Program-made: the position numbers and the translations under genes | DNA from: Vicugna vicugna | Lineage: Eukaryota | NCBI GenBank assembly: GCA_013265495.1 | Contig: MU058337.1 | Location: 5,374,716-5,438,715, forward strand | DNA: 64,000 nt | Direction of reading: 5' to 3' | In this document: piece by piece, positions 1 through 14,747 of the stretch | Numbering within the stretch: position 1 is the first letter of the stretch | How the letters are laid out: each line of letters begins with the position of its first letter | Notes under the pieces: generated by a model | What the model saw: the letters and a program-made list of their open reading frames with translations, nothing else | Database searches by the model: none | Told to the model about the DNA's origin: nothing

Positions 1-134
1 GAATGGTTGTTCCAGTGAAGCTTTATTTATGAAAATAAGCAAGGAACTTTATGTTGGTTTAAGCTGTAGAAATATAGAGTGTGTCAACTAACATCCCCAT
101 ATGTTAAATTCAAATATAGTTAAACTAACAACAT

Positions 135-222
135 AAGAGTTACCATTTTTTTTTGGAGGTTCCATTATGTTGCCAAGTGCTTTAAAAGGATTCATTATCT
201 CATTTAATCCTCAAAATGGCTA
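135..222 (-). mobile_element. MIR SINE fragment
   Basis: aagtgcttt...cattatctcatttaatcctca resembles the MIR consensus in reverse orientation. Confidence 0.5.
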
Positions 223-3200
223 TAATAACAGCAATTCAAGTTTATGGACAATAATGATACAGTATTTAAGGTAATAGAATTATGTAATATTTTGGAAAAT
301 TTGTCTTTAAAATAGAGCACAGGAGGCCATGAGCTTTCAGAGAAGTAATTTCTTGAGTTCCCACATATTCTGGAGTAAATTATTTTGAAAATTCAAAAGA
401 AACCAGTTTACCCATTAGGAGTCAGCTTACAGTCTAAAAAACATCCTTTAAGCATAAATTAAGCTGCTTAGCTTCTGTTGTGATGCTGGGGACATGTTCT
501 GTTACTTTGGATTAATTAACCTAAATTTAGAATTAGTTAAGAAACAGGAAAAACTTTTCTTTGTTTTCTATGCTATGCATAAACACAAGGAGGTAAAGAT
601 TTACTTTCTTTTGTAGAAGTTTTCATTTTGATCTAAGATAATCCATTGTTATTTATATTATATGTAAAATCACATTGTCTTAATGAACATAATTATATTT
701 CAAAATACATAGTTTCATTTTCTTAATGAATAATAAAATTAATACTTTCCTATTGTGTAAAAATGTATAAACATATCTGTATATCCACTAGACTGTAAAC
801 TTAGCAGAAACTTATCAGCACGACATTATACACAGAAGATGAACAGTTTTAAGAAAATTCCTCTTTTAAGAAACTCACAAATTGGCAGGAGAGAGAACAA
901 TGAAGTGAGCAGTTTGAACAGCATGTCTCTGTTGCACTTCGGATCAAGAGAGATGTTTACCTTGTTTAGAACTCTGGGGTGTCTCTTTGATTTCCTGTTT
1001 TCTCTGTGATTGTTATGTGTTTGAAGCAGAAAGGCTTTCATAAAAGCATGGACTCATTTTGCCATCTTACAGGAAGTCATCTTTTCTAGAAAACTGATTT
1101 CTCTGTTCCTCTGAAGACACTTGGCTTTATGATATTTGTTAAAATGAAATTAAGTGAAAGAGCCATTCATTTTAGTTCCAACAAAACCTGACACCCATAT
1201 TTCAGCTCATTAATCACAAGAAATGACTGAATTCTGAAAGTAACTCATCTTGCTATACCAGCAGTCTTTCATATTTTCATCAAATTTTAGTTCCATTTTC
1301 TGGGAAACTTTAATTAAATAAGTTTCTTCTGACTGTAGCTTTTTCATGTGTTTCTAAAGGATTTGGGCAGTATCTTGTTAGGTGAAAAATAATAGAATAA
1401 TGACATTTTTCAGCAATTCAGGGATCCATCTAAGTTTGCTCTATAACCGTCTAGAATACTGATGGTACCTGATAAACTAAGAGCAGGTGATTTACAGAAA
1501 CCTCTGGAACAATGCAGGTAATCATTTACTTGGATGTTATTTAATCTGAATCTCATTTAGAATAGGGTGACCTGAATTGGGTTTCTTGTGATTTTTGTCC
1601 TCTGATCTTCTTCTGTGTTAAATATGCATTCATTTTCTCATGAATATCCACTGTGTTTCTGTGAAATTATGAAATAGAGTCTGCAACACAAATCTTGGAT
1701 AACATATTTCAAGTATCTTTGCACATATGGGCAGTATCTCTTTTTTCCATTTTATCTTCTCACACCTGTGTGGCACAATCAGCTCATTTATAATTTGTCA
1801 CCTATAAATGTTCATACATTATTCATTGAATTAAAAGGGCAGAACAATTTCCATTGCTCCATTTATGTTAAGCATGTCATTGTCCATTCAGTTACTTTTC
1901 TCCTGAGCTTCAGAAACTTGGCAATCATCTCGTTGTCTTAACCTGCTAGCCTTACAAATCCAATTACAAGTTCTTTTGGAAAATAAGTATTTTAAATGGA
2001 TTTCTTGCACTTTTCATTCTTAAAAAAAAAATCTTTTCACAAGCTACATGCTTTCATCCTCAGAGCAAATATAATAATGTTTCTTAGAATAGTAACTCCT
2101 TTCATTTTTATGTATTCAATTAAATTAATTTAATTTTATTTAGTTTTAATTAAATCTGCATTCCTTGGTTGATAATTTTCTTGAGGACTAGATTTGTTTT
2201 GGTATATATTAAATGGCATACATATTATTATGAGATGAAAATTTGGAAAATAAATATGAAAAGTGTAGTGTTTAAAGAATTCATATAACCTGCATTCCTG
2301 AAAATAATAGTTTCTATGGTGACAACAAACCTAACTTAAGTGTATTCTCAACTCTAAGGGGATAACAGTTATTCTCGGGGAGGCCAAAAGAAACTTACTC
2401 TTTCCACGTATAAAGTAGATACGGAGCTGTGGAGTATATGAACACATTTAGAACGTATCTGTGCCAAAAAATTCCTTATGGTGTGGTGATTAGAAACAAA
2501 ATACCTAAAAAGACTCCTTGGTGGGGGAGGGGGTTAAAAAAAAGATCGCAAAACACTGATTTAGGAAAATTGTAAGAAGAAAGAAGTATTACAGTTTTTT
2601 CATGTGTTGTTTTCAGGGTTTTTTCTAGTCATGCAACAAAAATGTTTATGGAGAGTTTATTATACTCTTACAAATCTTGCCTTCACCCTTAAAAAGACAA
2701 CTTTCAGCTTGTAAGCGCCCACAGATGGTGTGATGTTCCCTGATTTGATACAGAGGAAAGGTCCCACTGTGACCTTCTCGATGTGGGGGCAGCAGAGTTA
2801 GGGGCCAAGGCTGTGGAGTGCTCCCGGGCCAGGAGGGATGGGAGGAAGCCCACCATCCCACAGGCTGCAACGCTGACTGCTTACACTTTGCAGAAAACCT
2901 CTAGACACATGGTCAGGTGATGCTTATGGGGAGCCCTTCCAGGTAGCTGGGTTCTGCAGACAGCCCGCTGGCCTTCTCCCTTTTATATGGCCGGCAGCGT
3001 GACTGTAGCTAGTTCTACCCCGTCCAGCAACCGTTAAGGCTGAGTCCACTGACATAGGCTGGAGCCACCCATTGAGAGGAGGCTACTAAAATTACTTCCT
3101 CACCACCTCTACCCTGATTCTTCTGAACTGTTACCTTCCACAGAACTAAAATCCTATGCTAAGCCCTCTAACCTACACTAAAATAACTGACAACTTAATT

Positions 3201-4889
3201 TTCCTAAATCCCTTCTTCCACTCTTGGCATAATTCTTCTGTCCACCAGAATAACCATAATTACAAATAAGCTAGATATATTTTTAGGTATAATATTTTTC
3301 CATGAAACTTTACCACTTTGGGATTTATTCTGTTTCTCGGAGAACTAGAGAGTTAGCTTGTAACAATTAACTAACTGTGTTAAAAACAAGGCATTTGCTC
3401 CCAGGAGAAGTGGAATCAGGAATTCTAGTGGGGAAAACCAGAGGAAATACGAGTATGTCTACATAATCACAAAATAGTTGGCTGAATCTTTCATGCCTTT
3501 TAGTGTCTTTGAAAAGCATGTAGTTTTCCCACCAGGCAAATAAGAATGCAAATGGATCCAGCTGCATATTTTATTATGAATTATGATCATTTCACAGATC
3601 GTTCTCTCTGTCTTTTGATAGCAAATGCGAAGTTAGTAAAGTGATTAGTTGTATTTATATATAATTAGACAATCTTTGGGGACATATTTCAGACATTTAT
3701 TGATAGTTCCTTACTTTTGAAGAAAAGGCCACTTTGATATGATTACGTTCCTCCCTTTGGAATGCAAGCCTGAAAACAGGGTGAAGGGAGAGGTGGAGGT
3801 GTGGGTGCCGGTCGCTGCTCCCTCTGCTAACACAACAGCCGGGTCAGGCTGCAGGGGGACCTTCAGGACAGAGAATCCAAGTTTCATCTTCTCCGGAAAT
3901 CTGCCAAGACGTCTGGGGAGAGAGCAGGGACTGGACTTGTTCACAGTGTTGCAGGGCCTGGCGTGAGAAGCCAGAGCTAGAGAGGAATTACCTCTTGTTA
4001 ACACTTCTGGCAGGGGTTCGGGTCCTCTGGCCCCTGACTCTGCAGAGGAGTTGCATCTGCCCACTGGTTGCTTGTGGTCCCGGGCGATCCACCCGAATCC
4101 TCCTGCTGCCCAGCAGAGGGGCCGTGGTTCTCCGGTCATTTACCACAAGAACCACGGTGCCTTCTACTATCCCTCGTTTACCACTGCTCAAGAGAGCATT
4201 AGAGACAAACAAACAAAATCGCATAGCCCTGGGTAAGCAAAGGGAAACATTCTCACACAAAGGGGCTCAGAAACTGAGGGTGGAGCTGGGAAATCCGAGG
4301 TGAACACCAGTAGAGAAGTTTCCTAGTCAAGTAGGACTGGTGGAAGAGAGAGGAGGTTTGTTTTTTGGTTTTGGGGATTGTTTTTTTCCTTCAATGTCTC
4401 AAAGAGAGTTAATTAGGCAAAAAAAAAAAAAACCTTCTGAACTTTGACTAAAATTTTCAGAAAATGAGCTGAAAAGGGCATGGTTGTTGATGAGAGCTAA
4501 TTAGTAATATGGGAGATCAAGTGGGGAAAAAAATAAAGAAATGGTAGAAATGATGAGGGAAAATCAAGAGACTAGCCACTCAGATGTGAATAAAAGGAGC
4601 CCCTGAAGGAAAAAGGGAACAGACAGAAGAAGGGTAATAATAAATGAGAGAAGAAATTTTTCCTATACTGAGGAAAAGCATATATCTGTAGCTTGAAAGG
4701 TTCACCAAGTCTCAGAGAGATTAAATAAATCTAGGCATACCGTGGTGACCTTCCTTGGTTGCAGCATAAAGAGGAGACCTTTGTAAGCCCCTGAACAGGC
4801 TTAAATTACCTGCAGAAGCACGATAAATATACTGTGCTTCAGATGACTCAACCTCAGTATTGGAAAGTAGAAGGCAGTGAACCTGTGTG

Positions 4890-4950
4890 TATAGATAGAT
4901 AGGTAAGTAGGTAGATAGATAGATAGATAGACAGATAGATAGATAGATAG
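4890..4950 (+). repeat. Imperfect (GATA)n tetranucleotide microsatellite
   Basis: atagatagataggtaagtaggtagatagatagatagatagacagatagatagatagatag. Confidence 0.95.
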
Positions 4951-7900
4951 GTCACGGAGAAAAAAAACCACAACTCAAGAATCTGTATGCAGCCAAAATA
5001 TTTGTATCAGTATTAAAAATGCATTTTAGGTAAGGAAGGACTGAGAGAGAATACAACCCTTGATGTTTATTTGAGGAAACCACCCCAAGGTATGCTAAGC
5101 ATAAGATACATTCATCACACTCCACAGAGCCGGACAGGGAAGATGAAAAGGAAATAAAAGCAGTGGGTATTGGATCTAAATGGAGGGTGATAATTGAGAT
5201 GTCAAATTAGGGACCCTGATAAAAAAGGAATACTTACAATTCAAGAAACTAGAATTAAATTTGTGGATGATCTCAGAAAAAGCAGAATTTAGGAAGACTA
5301 TGATGTCAGTGGAGCGTAGGGGTGACAGAAGTCTACCGGGCCATTTGTAGACTGGCCAGGGTGTGAGGGATGAGTGAACAAGCAAATCTGTTCACTCATT
5401 GGGAAGGAATTTACAGTTATTTTAATTTTGATGCAATAGTAAAAAGTATATATGGATTTATTACAGTTGGGAATTAAGCTGAGGGATTAGAAAAGCAGAG
5501 TCCAAATAAACAAGGGGGAGAAAGAAATTAACAATGTGACCAAACCAGAAAAGACAAGAAAAGGATAAAAGATGAATATCAATGACACACAATGAACTAG
5601 AAATGTAAGGCCGTAAACATAAGGGATAATCTTCGTACATTAAATGTAAGCAGGTTGAATTTTCCTATTAAAAATCATAGAAAATATGATTATGTTTAAA
5701 CACAAAATTCAAATAGTATATTGATTATAGGAAATACATACAAGGTGGCCCCCAAAAGTGGCTGAAAATCATCTCTCTGTGAAACAACTAAAAATGACAC
5801 CCAGAATGTTAAAACATTTTAACTGCTGCTTAGCAGAACGTGCAAAAAATTAAGGAATGTTCTCAACACCAAGAATGAAGTGCTCATGTGAGTGCAGAAC
5901 ACCTGGTGGACACTAAGCCAGTGGCTGCTCTGATGGCATTTGCATGTCCTTGTCACCTAGAACTTGCCATTGAGAGCTGGACCCCAAGGTGAAGAGTCAG
6001 AATAGAGAAACTCTCTAACCCCCACCTCACATAACATCAGGACACATGAGGTCTGTACCTCAGTGAGAGAAGGAAAGTGTTCATCCCTCAGAAGCAAATG
6101 TGAGGAAACCTACAGTCTTGACCTAGACTCCAGATGAATAGAAAAGGAGGAAGCTTTACTGAAAGTTTGTCAGCACAAACCTGCCCTCACTTGGGATTGG
6201 AGTTAAAATCATGCTACTTTTCAGATCTGAGAAATGTCAGCCAAGAAATTGATTTAAAGAGGTACCAAATTTGTAAGCAACGTCCTGCCCACTGGTGTAC
6301 CAGTTCTTTCTGGGAAAAAAAAAAATGTACCCTAAATACAGGTCTTGAAAATCTAGAGGAAATCGATCTCCTGGCAAAGTATAAACTATGAAGTTGATGG
6401 ACAAGGTTAGAAAGTGGATCATTGAACATTAGAAAGCTTTGATCTACGGTTACAAAAAGGACTGGTTTTCCTTTCTGATGTGGTTTTCCTGCTGGATTTT
6501 GTCTGCTTTCAAAGATGAGATAATTCTTATTTTATTTAAGAAATTACAGATCATACAAAAGAAGGAAAACTCCACAATAAGTTTGATCAAGCCAGCATAG
6601 GTTTAACCCAAACCTGATAATGGTAGTCCAAGTAAAGTTATAGACCAATTTTGTATATGACAGTAACTACAAAAGTTAGAAATAAAATGCTATCCAGTAA
6701 AACCAGCATAAGCATCTAGGGTTTATTCCAGGAACAGACAAATGGTCAACATCAGGGGCTTTTGTGATATATTTCATCGTCTCAATGAATTAATGAATTA
6801 AAGGCTAAAGCCCTCTCAGTAGAGTGAAGAGAAAGGAAGTCCTTAAACACGACATAAATTATTACCCAAACTCACTGAAACAATTATACATGAAGGCTGA
6901 GAAGCTTCTACTGAAAATAAAGACTATGTTATAGATCCTAGTTATTACTACCACATTACTTAGCATTTATTTGGCTATATCATTATAGCTAAAGAGTTAA
7001 TACATTTAACTCTAGAGTAAATCTTGAGAAAAATCTTATATCATTTGCAGATGAAATATACATATTTTTATAAAGCCCAAGAGATTTTTTTAAATATTGG
7101 AATTAATAGAAGAATCTAGTAAGGTGGGTAGAGAAAATCAATGAAAATAAGTCAGTAGCTTTTCTTTCAACTGGAAATAACTAGGTAGAATGGTAAAAAA
7201 AATTTTTTAAGTAAAAAAATTTATTTGCATTAGTGACTGGAATATTAAATCCATAGAAATAAATTTCAAAATCAAAGAATAACATATCTTTATGGGGAAA
7301 TTTTTATTAAAATATACAGTCCAAATAAATAGAGAAAAACATAGTGTGTTTCTGGATATGAAGACTTGATTGTAATTCTTCTAAAGTTTTATTTTGTATG
7401 TAAAAGGTAAAGAAAAAAGCTACAAAGACAGACACATGTGACTATATACAAATTAAAGTGCTTATGGAACTAATGCCACTAGGGTTAAAAATCAATTTGT
7501 GGACTAGGGAAAAAATGTTTGCTGTTCATAGCAGACAAAGATTAATGTCCTTAATATCAACAACTTCAAAAACTGATAAGAAAGAAACAACACCACCATA
7601 GAAAATTGGCAAGGTTATGAACAGAAATTTTGTCTTAAAAAGAAAATAAATCTAAATCGTCAGTACACATATGAACAGATAAGCAAAAGTTTGATTAAGG
7701 GTGATTACTTCTGGTGATCGTGCAGATTTAGGATAAGAAACACTTTCCTACTTTGCTGAAAGGCAAGTGACTTAATATAATATTTTGAAAGTAATCTCTT
7801 AATACTTTCTAAAATTTAAAGTGCACAGACTTTTCCTTTATCCCAGAAATGCCAGGTTTGAGACTCTATTTATAGATATGAAAACCCAGTAAAAACTGAT

Positions 7901-7995
7901 ATTGTATAAGGGTGGTCAGTGCAGTCTTGTTTTTGAAGTAGCAAATGCTTAACCATTTTTCCTGATGATTTCTTATCCCAGGAGTACCACCCTTG

Positions 7996-8338
7996 CCTGG
8001 AGATCATCACAGTAAGTGAAGTAAGCCAGAAGGAGACAGAAAAATACCATAGGATATTACTTACATGTGGAATCTAAAAAAAAAAAAAGGGCACAAATGA
8101 ACTTATTTACAAAACAGAGACAGACTCACAGACACTCGGGATTTACAGATACTAACTACTATATATAAAACAGACTAACAATGAGGTCCTACTGTATAGC
8201 ACAGGAAACTATATCCAGTACCTTTAATGACCTATAATGAAAAAGAATATGAAAAGGAATATATATGTACAACTGAATCACTATGCTGTATACCAGAAGC
8301 TAACACAACATTGTAAATTGACTATACCTGACTAAAAA
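7996..8338 (+). mobile_element. 5'-truncated younger LINE-1 3' end with 13-bp TSD
   Basis: L1 3' UTR motifs (aagtgaagtaagccagaa, tactgtatagcacagg, gaatcactatgctgta) and an A-tail. The TSD AGTACCACCCTTG is at 7983-7995 and 8339-8351. Confidence 0.92.
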
Positions 8339-9738
8339 AGTACCACCCTTGAATGAATCAGTAGGGAAAATGTTGAATTAAACAAACATTGAATACTATG
8401 CAAAATTATGCAGCTGATAAAAAGAATAAGTAGGACCTGTATCTCTTAACCTGGAGGGACGTCTGTGATTGTCAGTGAGAAGTTGCAAAGTCGCATACAA
8501 AAGGCAAGCCCATTACGTGATTATATATGTTGAGATTACACTGGAGGTAACTGAGGAGGGTGGTTAACACCAATCATCTGAGAAAGGAGGCCAAGGAATT
8601 GTATTAATATTTTGTGTATTTGAGATTATTTCACAATTAAAATGTATTACCCTGTTACATTTTTTTAAATTATGTCAGTTTAGCAAGTTGGGTCTAGAGA
8701 AGTGCTCGATTGAGAAGTAAAGCTAATTTCCTCCTCACATCTAAGTTAACCATCTGCACTCCCGTTAGTATTCTGTGCCTAAAAATGCTATTATTAAAAC
8801 TCGACTTTCTCCACATTTTCCAAATGTGTGTGGAAGAAAATTCCTTCTCTGTTGGCCTTGAAAAAGAGAAGCAACCCATGCTTTACTCTTGTCTCCAGCA
8901 GATCATCTGATATCTTCGAGGAGGGATATGTATGACTAATTCCAACATTAACTCTTGTGCTCTTTAATTAGAAGTTAATCATGTATTGCCATTTTAATTC
9001 CATTTGTAAACTTCTTTATAAAATGAGTGTTCCTACCCATAGGACAAGTGAAAAAAACAGCATGCTGTGTTTGTATTCATACTTAATAATATTGTTATTT
9101 GTAGTAGCAAATCTATAGAATGAATGTAATAAATTAAGAGGTTTAACTAATTTATTCATATAGTAATATTGATTGTTCATTAATTAATAATGTAGATGTA
9201 TATTAATGTATTAATTCATGTGTGCATACACACACACATAAATTGCTTAGTATAAAATCCAAATTTCTCTGCTGTTTATGTGGCCCAAAGCATAGACAAT
9301 ATAGAAACTTTTTAATTTTAGTTTAATTACACTTAGTAAGCAATATGTAAGTCAGTTTCTAATATACCATATGCACTATAGAAACTTTATTTTTAGAAAA
9401 TACAAATTATACCAAAATGCAGCCTTTCTGTATATATAGTAATTCTATAAATAGTGATGACTTTTAAATAATATTAAATATTGAACAATGAAGAAGTACC
9501 ACTCAGAAACATTTAACATTTTAACATATATATCTGATTGCCTAAGATATATTTGGTCTGTGATGTTCTAGTTGGTGTGTTTTAAAACTATGTTTTTAAG
9601 AAATACCATTCTGGATCCTCGTGGGCTCCTCCCTGTTATGATAGCGGCTGAAATTCATATACTAACAAAACATATGAAATATTTTGAAATCAATTGTAGT
9701 TTTAGATTCCAATTTTAACCATTTCTTCGTTCTCCTAG

Positions 9739-9933
<195 letters not shown>

Positions 9934-12900
9934 TAGAATTCTTTTCTTTCCAGAGAAAATGCCAGTTATGTTTTAACAACCAGATATTATAACAACTATA
10001 GTAAATACCAACTTGAGATAAGCCCAGTGACATCCTAAATACAAAAACAGTGCATTCAAAAATTTTAACATTGTTTTTAAAACTCCTAAAAATTTATGGT
10101 AATCAATGGGGATGTTTATCAGTGGGGATGGACTGTTCATAAATTAGCACAGTGTACAGATAATACACATTTTATATACACATGAATATTATACACCTGT
10201 GCATACATACCAAGTTTTAAACTACATAAGATGTTGACACAGACTTTAAAGAGCAGGAAATATGAATTTTATTCTAAGTGTAGATCTCCCTTCCAAATAA
10301 GCCTAAATGTGTTTGCTCAACACTGACTTACAATTGAAATAAGCAGAAATAAACTTACCTTTACAGATTGTAATTAGTCATAGTTTATTATTTATAAGTG
10401 CCTGTTACTTTATTTGTGATGATTAAATAACAATATTTATTTTTACTTTATTTATAATGACTAGATGTCTATTTTTTCAAACGTGATGTATTGAATCATA
10501 TTACTTTATAATTATTCAGTAAACAAAAGTAATTATTAATTAGGTTCTTTGTAATTGTTGAATAATAGCAATGTGCTGAGTGTTCTTTTAAATACTTGGT
10601 CAAACTATATGTAAATGGGTTATCCTAATTTTTAAAATCTCAAATATAGTCTTTTTTTGACTCGAAATTGGTAATTTTTATGGTTTATCATGTGAATATC
10701 AGATCCATTATTTTCTTAATGGATATTTAAAAATTGTTGGAGAATAAAATGGCAGTAGAATTTTTAAAGTAGAGCTTCAGAGAAACAAGATTCTAACTTC
10801 TTAGATGCAAGAAAATGCATTCCACCTTCACTGAGCTTATTCATTGGTGATACCGAAGCTGTCATTTTCAGAGCAATATTATTAACTTCAGCCACTAGGT
10901 CACAAACTGAAACTCAACACTGCTGATACCTGGAGGAAAGGTCATGAAAATATAATTCACAAAAGTGAAAAACATACCCCACAAACATACATGAAAAGCT
11001 GAGCCTCCAGCAGTCACATCCAAGCTTCACAGAGGTGACTTATAGGTCAAGCTTTCAGTGCCGTCAGCATCTTTATACAGAAGTCCCTTGTCCCTTGTTG
11101 GGTTGTATCCTCAGGCTTGGTTATCATAAGTGAGATGGCTGGGACAAGAGACTTACACACGTTGAAAATTCTTGATACAAAATATGCTTTCCAAACATTT
11201 GTGTCACTGTATGCTCTTGGGCAGTGCTGCCTATATTCACAAAATCAGCAGGAGCATTTAGTACCCACATTAGAGAATCATTGTCCATAATTACAGAAAA
11301 TATGCCTCATAGTCAGAACTACAACATATCTTTTTTACAAACCTATTAAATTAACCAAATTAAGAAAGACATCAATGCCCATTTCAGCAAGAGTACAGTA
11401 TAAAATATATTCAGAGCTTTAAAATTCTTAATCATTCCTCACAGATAATTTTTCAGTGAAAAGTTACAAGTAGATCAAAATTTTGCATACGAAGATATTC
11501 ATTCTGGAATTGTTCATGAGAGAAAAAAATAGGAACTGTTTAAATGATAAACATTTAATGAATAGCTTAGTAAGTTGTACACCGATTTGACCATAAAAAT
11601 GATTATGACGAATCTGTAATAACTTAGAAATGATGTCTTATTTAAATGCAAAATGGTATAAAATTATATAACATGTATAGCTAAATATATATAGCTATAT
11701 ATATATGTATGTAAAATACCTATAAATGAAAAAAATGACTAGAAAGAAAGAAACCAAATGATTACATATCTGTAGGAACACAGAGTCAAAAGGCTTTATT
11801 GGGTAGATAGAGTGAAAAGCATGCTTATCCCCAGATAAATGAAAAGGCATAATTAGAGTCACCGATGAGGCTTTGGCCTTTCCGTGGAAAAACAATGTGA
11901 AATCTTACCCTTCTGAAAATGCCGATCATATCACCAGTGTGGGAATTGTGTTAAGTTCTATTTTTCCAGCTAATGAAATATTAATTTATCAAAATTGCAC
12001 AGATGTGCATAGGCTGTTTTTTTTCTCCAGAATTTGGGACAAGATTCAAAAATCCTTAGGCAAGCCCCTAAATATGATTTTGATACAAGTGGAGAAAACA
12101 CATGGTACTGAAATTTGAGCAATAAACCAGTTAAATTGGTTCTGTAAACTTCCCTGGACTAAGCTGTTTCACAATTAGATACTGAATCATTTATGTCTGA
12201 GAATAAAGAAATCTGATAAAAATGTGAAATCTTTCCATATTATTATTCTGAATGTCAATATGAGTGTTATTATTTTAATAGTTCTTATGATAAAGCTGTT
12301 TGCCTGTTATTTGGAAAGATGACCTAAGTGTACTATGTTCTGACTTGGAAATACATGTTTTAATTTAAGCATTATAGCAGGAAAAACTGGTGGCTTAGCC
12401 ATCCCTGTGGTATACTGTTTAATTTGAACATGATTTCGCACATAAATTTTCTTCTTTACGTACTGGGTGAAGTATTTTAAATTAGAATGAAGAAAATAGA
12501 TATTTTCTCAACCTCTTTAAACATTCGTTCATTAGTTTATTAGACGTGCAGCTAAAAACCACACTATTTGTGTTCTGCAGAAAGTAGGAATAAGGTTTGC
12601 CACCAGTATTTCCTGTAAATTCAAAATCTAGGGGTACGGGTGGAGTAAATGTGGCTTTAGGGATGGCAAAATTCAGAGGCTAGCATCATTTAACATCAAT
12701 AATATCATTTCAGGGCATCATGAAATCAGTACATTTCCCACTCACCTTTCTTCTGAGTTAGTATCATTCTTAAGCTTGCGTTCTCCATATGGTGACAGAG
12801 ATGCTCAGGGTTTATGTGGCTCCTGCAGTAATGCCAATTGAGAATAAAAAATAGGACACCTTTTATAAGTCCCACAGTGGTTCTGAGGATGACCAAGGTG

Positions 12901-13190
12901 AGTGCTCTGGCCAGGCCTGGATCATCAGGGTCAAGAGGTCCCTTCTGGACCTCGTGAGCTAAGAGCAGAGTAGGAATGATTTGCCAGAGGAAAATCAGGA
13001 GAATTAGGAAGCTAGGGATGCTGGAAAAATCCATAGCATGTTATTTTATAGGTGTAAAGTTTAAAACTTAGGTTTTTAAAACATTTCCTTATTGTACTTG
13101 AAATAGACTATCTTTCTTCTCATAAGACACCTTCACACATACCTTAAGCTCTTACTGATATTGAACCATCTTGGACGGTCATTCTACTTA

Positions 13191-13356
13191 CCATACTTCA
13201 TTTATGCCAAGACCACAATTTTCCTCTTTTAATGTCTCTAAATTTGGGATCTGTCTTATAATCAGTGGTGTGTTATACTGTAATTGTGGCAGCATTTTTA
13301 AATTTCTCAGCAGTACCTAAAAAAAAATCAGTGGCATCTTAGACTTGTTGAAAAAT
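13191..13356. mobile_element. MER104-like Tc/mariner non-autonomous DNA transposon relic
   Basis: Degenerate terminal inverted repeats (ccatacttcatt...aagac / gcatcttagacttgttgaaa) after a TA. The internal ttttaatgtctctaaatttgggatctgtcttataatc resembles MER104 as I recall it. Confidence 0.55.
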
Positions 13357-13609
13357 TCTTCTTTTCAATACATTATACCTCAACTTTTAATTATATTTTA
13401 CTTTATATTTTTAATCTTATAGACGTGCCCTTACGAGCTGTATCTTTGTGTTATATTCCCTTTGTAATAGTAGCCATTGAATCTTATTTGTCCAACACAA
13501 TGTTTGGCACATAATAGTACTTGTTAAGTGAATGAGAAAATTAATTAGTTACGGGTGGGAGTTTTTGCATACATATGCAGATATATGCAAAACATCTAAA
13601 TATATGTAT

Positions 13610-14080
13610 GTGTGTTTAGATAACAAGCTAAGCACATATAAAAATATCTAAAAATACAAGGCTTACATAAGATAGACATGTGTTTCTCTCCAAGAGTTGT
13701 ACAGTGTCCAGGGTGAACAAGTGGCTCTATTCCACATGGTCATTGAGGAAGCCAGCCTGTCGGGTTGGACCGAATCTATCGTCTTCTATACAAGTCTTCT
13801 ATTTCTAGTCCAAAGGCGCAATTCCAGTTGTTTCCATTTTCCAGCCAGAGGAAGATATAAAAAGAGTGTCCAGGGCAAGTTAATTTAATTTAAAGGTTGC
13901 AAAAATCACTTCCTTTCACATTCCATAGGTCTGAACCTAGACTACTGGCCACAACTAGATACAAGTGGAGCAGGAAAATGCAGTCTGTGGCCCTGAGTAG
14001 CTACTTGCCAGGCTGAAATTCAGAGAGCTCTGTTATTTAAAGAAAGCATAGAATGGCTCTTAGGCTAGCAGTCTGAGCCA
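13610..14080 (-). mobile_element. Old MaLR (MLT1J/K-like) LTR remnant
   Basis: Motifs ggcttacataagatagacatgtgtttctctc, ctctattccacatggtcattgagg and tcacttcctttcacattccatagg match MLT1-type LTRs in reverse orientation. Boundaries approximate. Confidence 0.5.
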
Positions 14081-14528
14081 TGAATAAAGACTCCTTGATC
14101 GAAGGATTTTTAAAATTTCATGATAAATATACACTACTGCTTAGGATGGTTTATTTTATGAGACAATGAACATAGCTAATATTAAATCAAATGTCTTCTT
14201 TGATATTTGAACATTAAAAAATACCAATTTCATTTCAACAGTATGTGTTAGTGAATGTCACTTTGAATTATCACATCATATGTTAAAACATTGAGTTGTC
14301 ACCATTTTCCTTCCTTCCTTCCTTTGGGACTTATTGAATTCTTGTTTTATGGCAGGCACTGAGAAAGACTGATAGCTTAGTTGTTATATTGTTACTTTTC
14401 ATCACTAGATGCCCAGATGGAAAAGTATGATTTCACTGAGTGCTATGAAAAATGAGATTTTAGTATGAACCTATTTAGTTCAGTGTAAATAAATGATGGA
14501 GTACCTGTGTTTTTCTCTCCCACAATAG

Positions 14529-14747
<219 letters not shown>

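Larger units (their letters stand above)
4400..8670 (+). mobile_element. Ancient, fragmented LINE-1 (L1M/L1ME-like) with ORF1 and ORF2 remnants, interrupted by younger insertions
   Basis: A-rich sense strand; ORF1-like stretch at about 4500-5100. ORF-track peptide 6134..6391 ends LENLEEIDLLAKYKL, resembling L1 ORF2 LENLEEMDKFL. ORF2-like motifs such as gtttattccaggaa and tcatttgcagatga occur at 6700-7900. Boundaries approximate. Confidence 0.7.

Noticed and set aside
2640..3120. GC-richer block with a minus-strand TATA-like motif, possibly an old LTR
   Set aside because: I could not identify termini, a TSD or a family with confidence.
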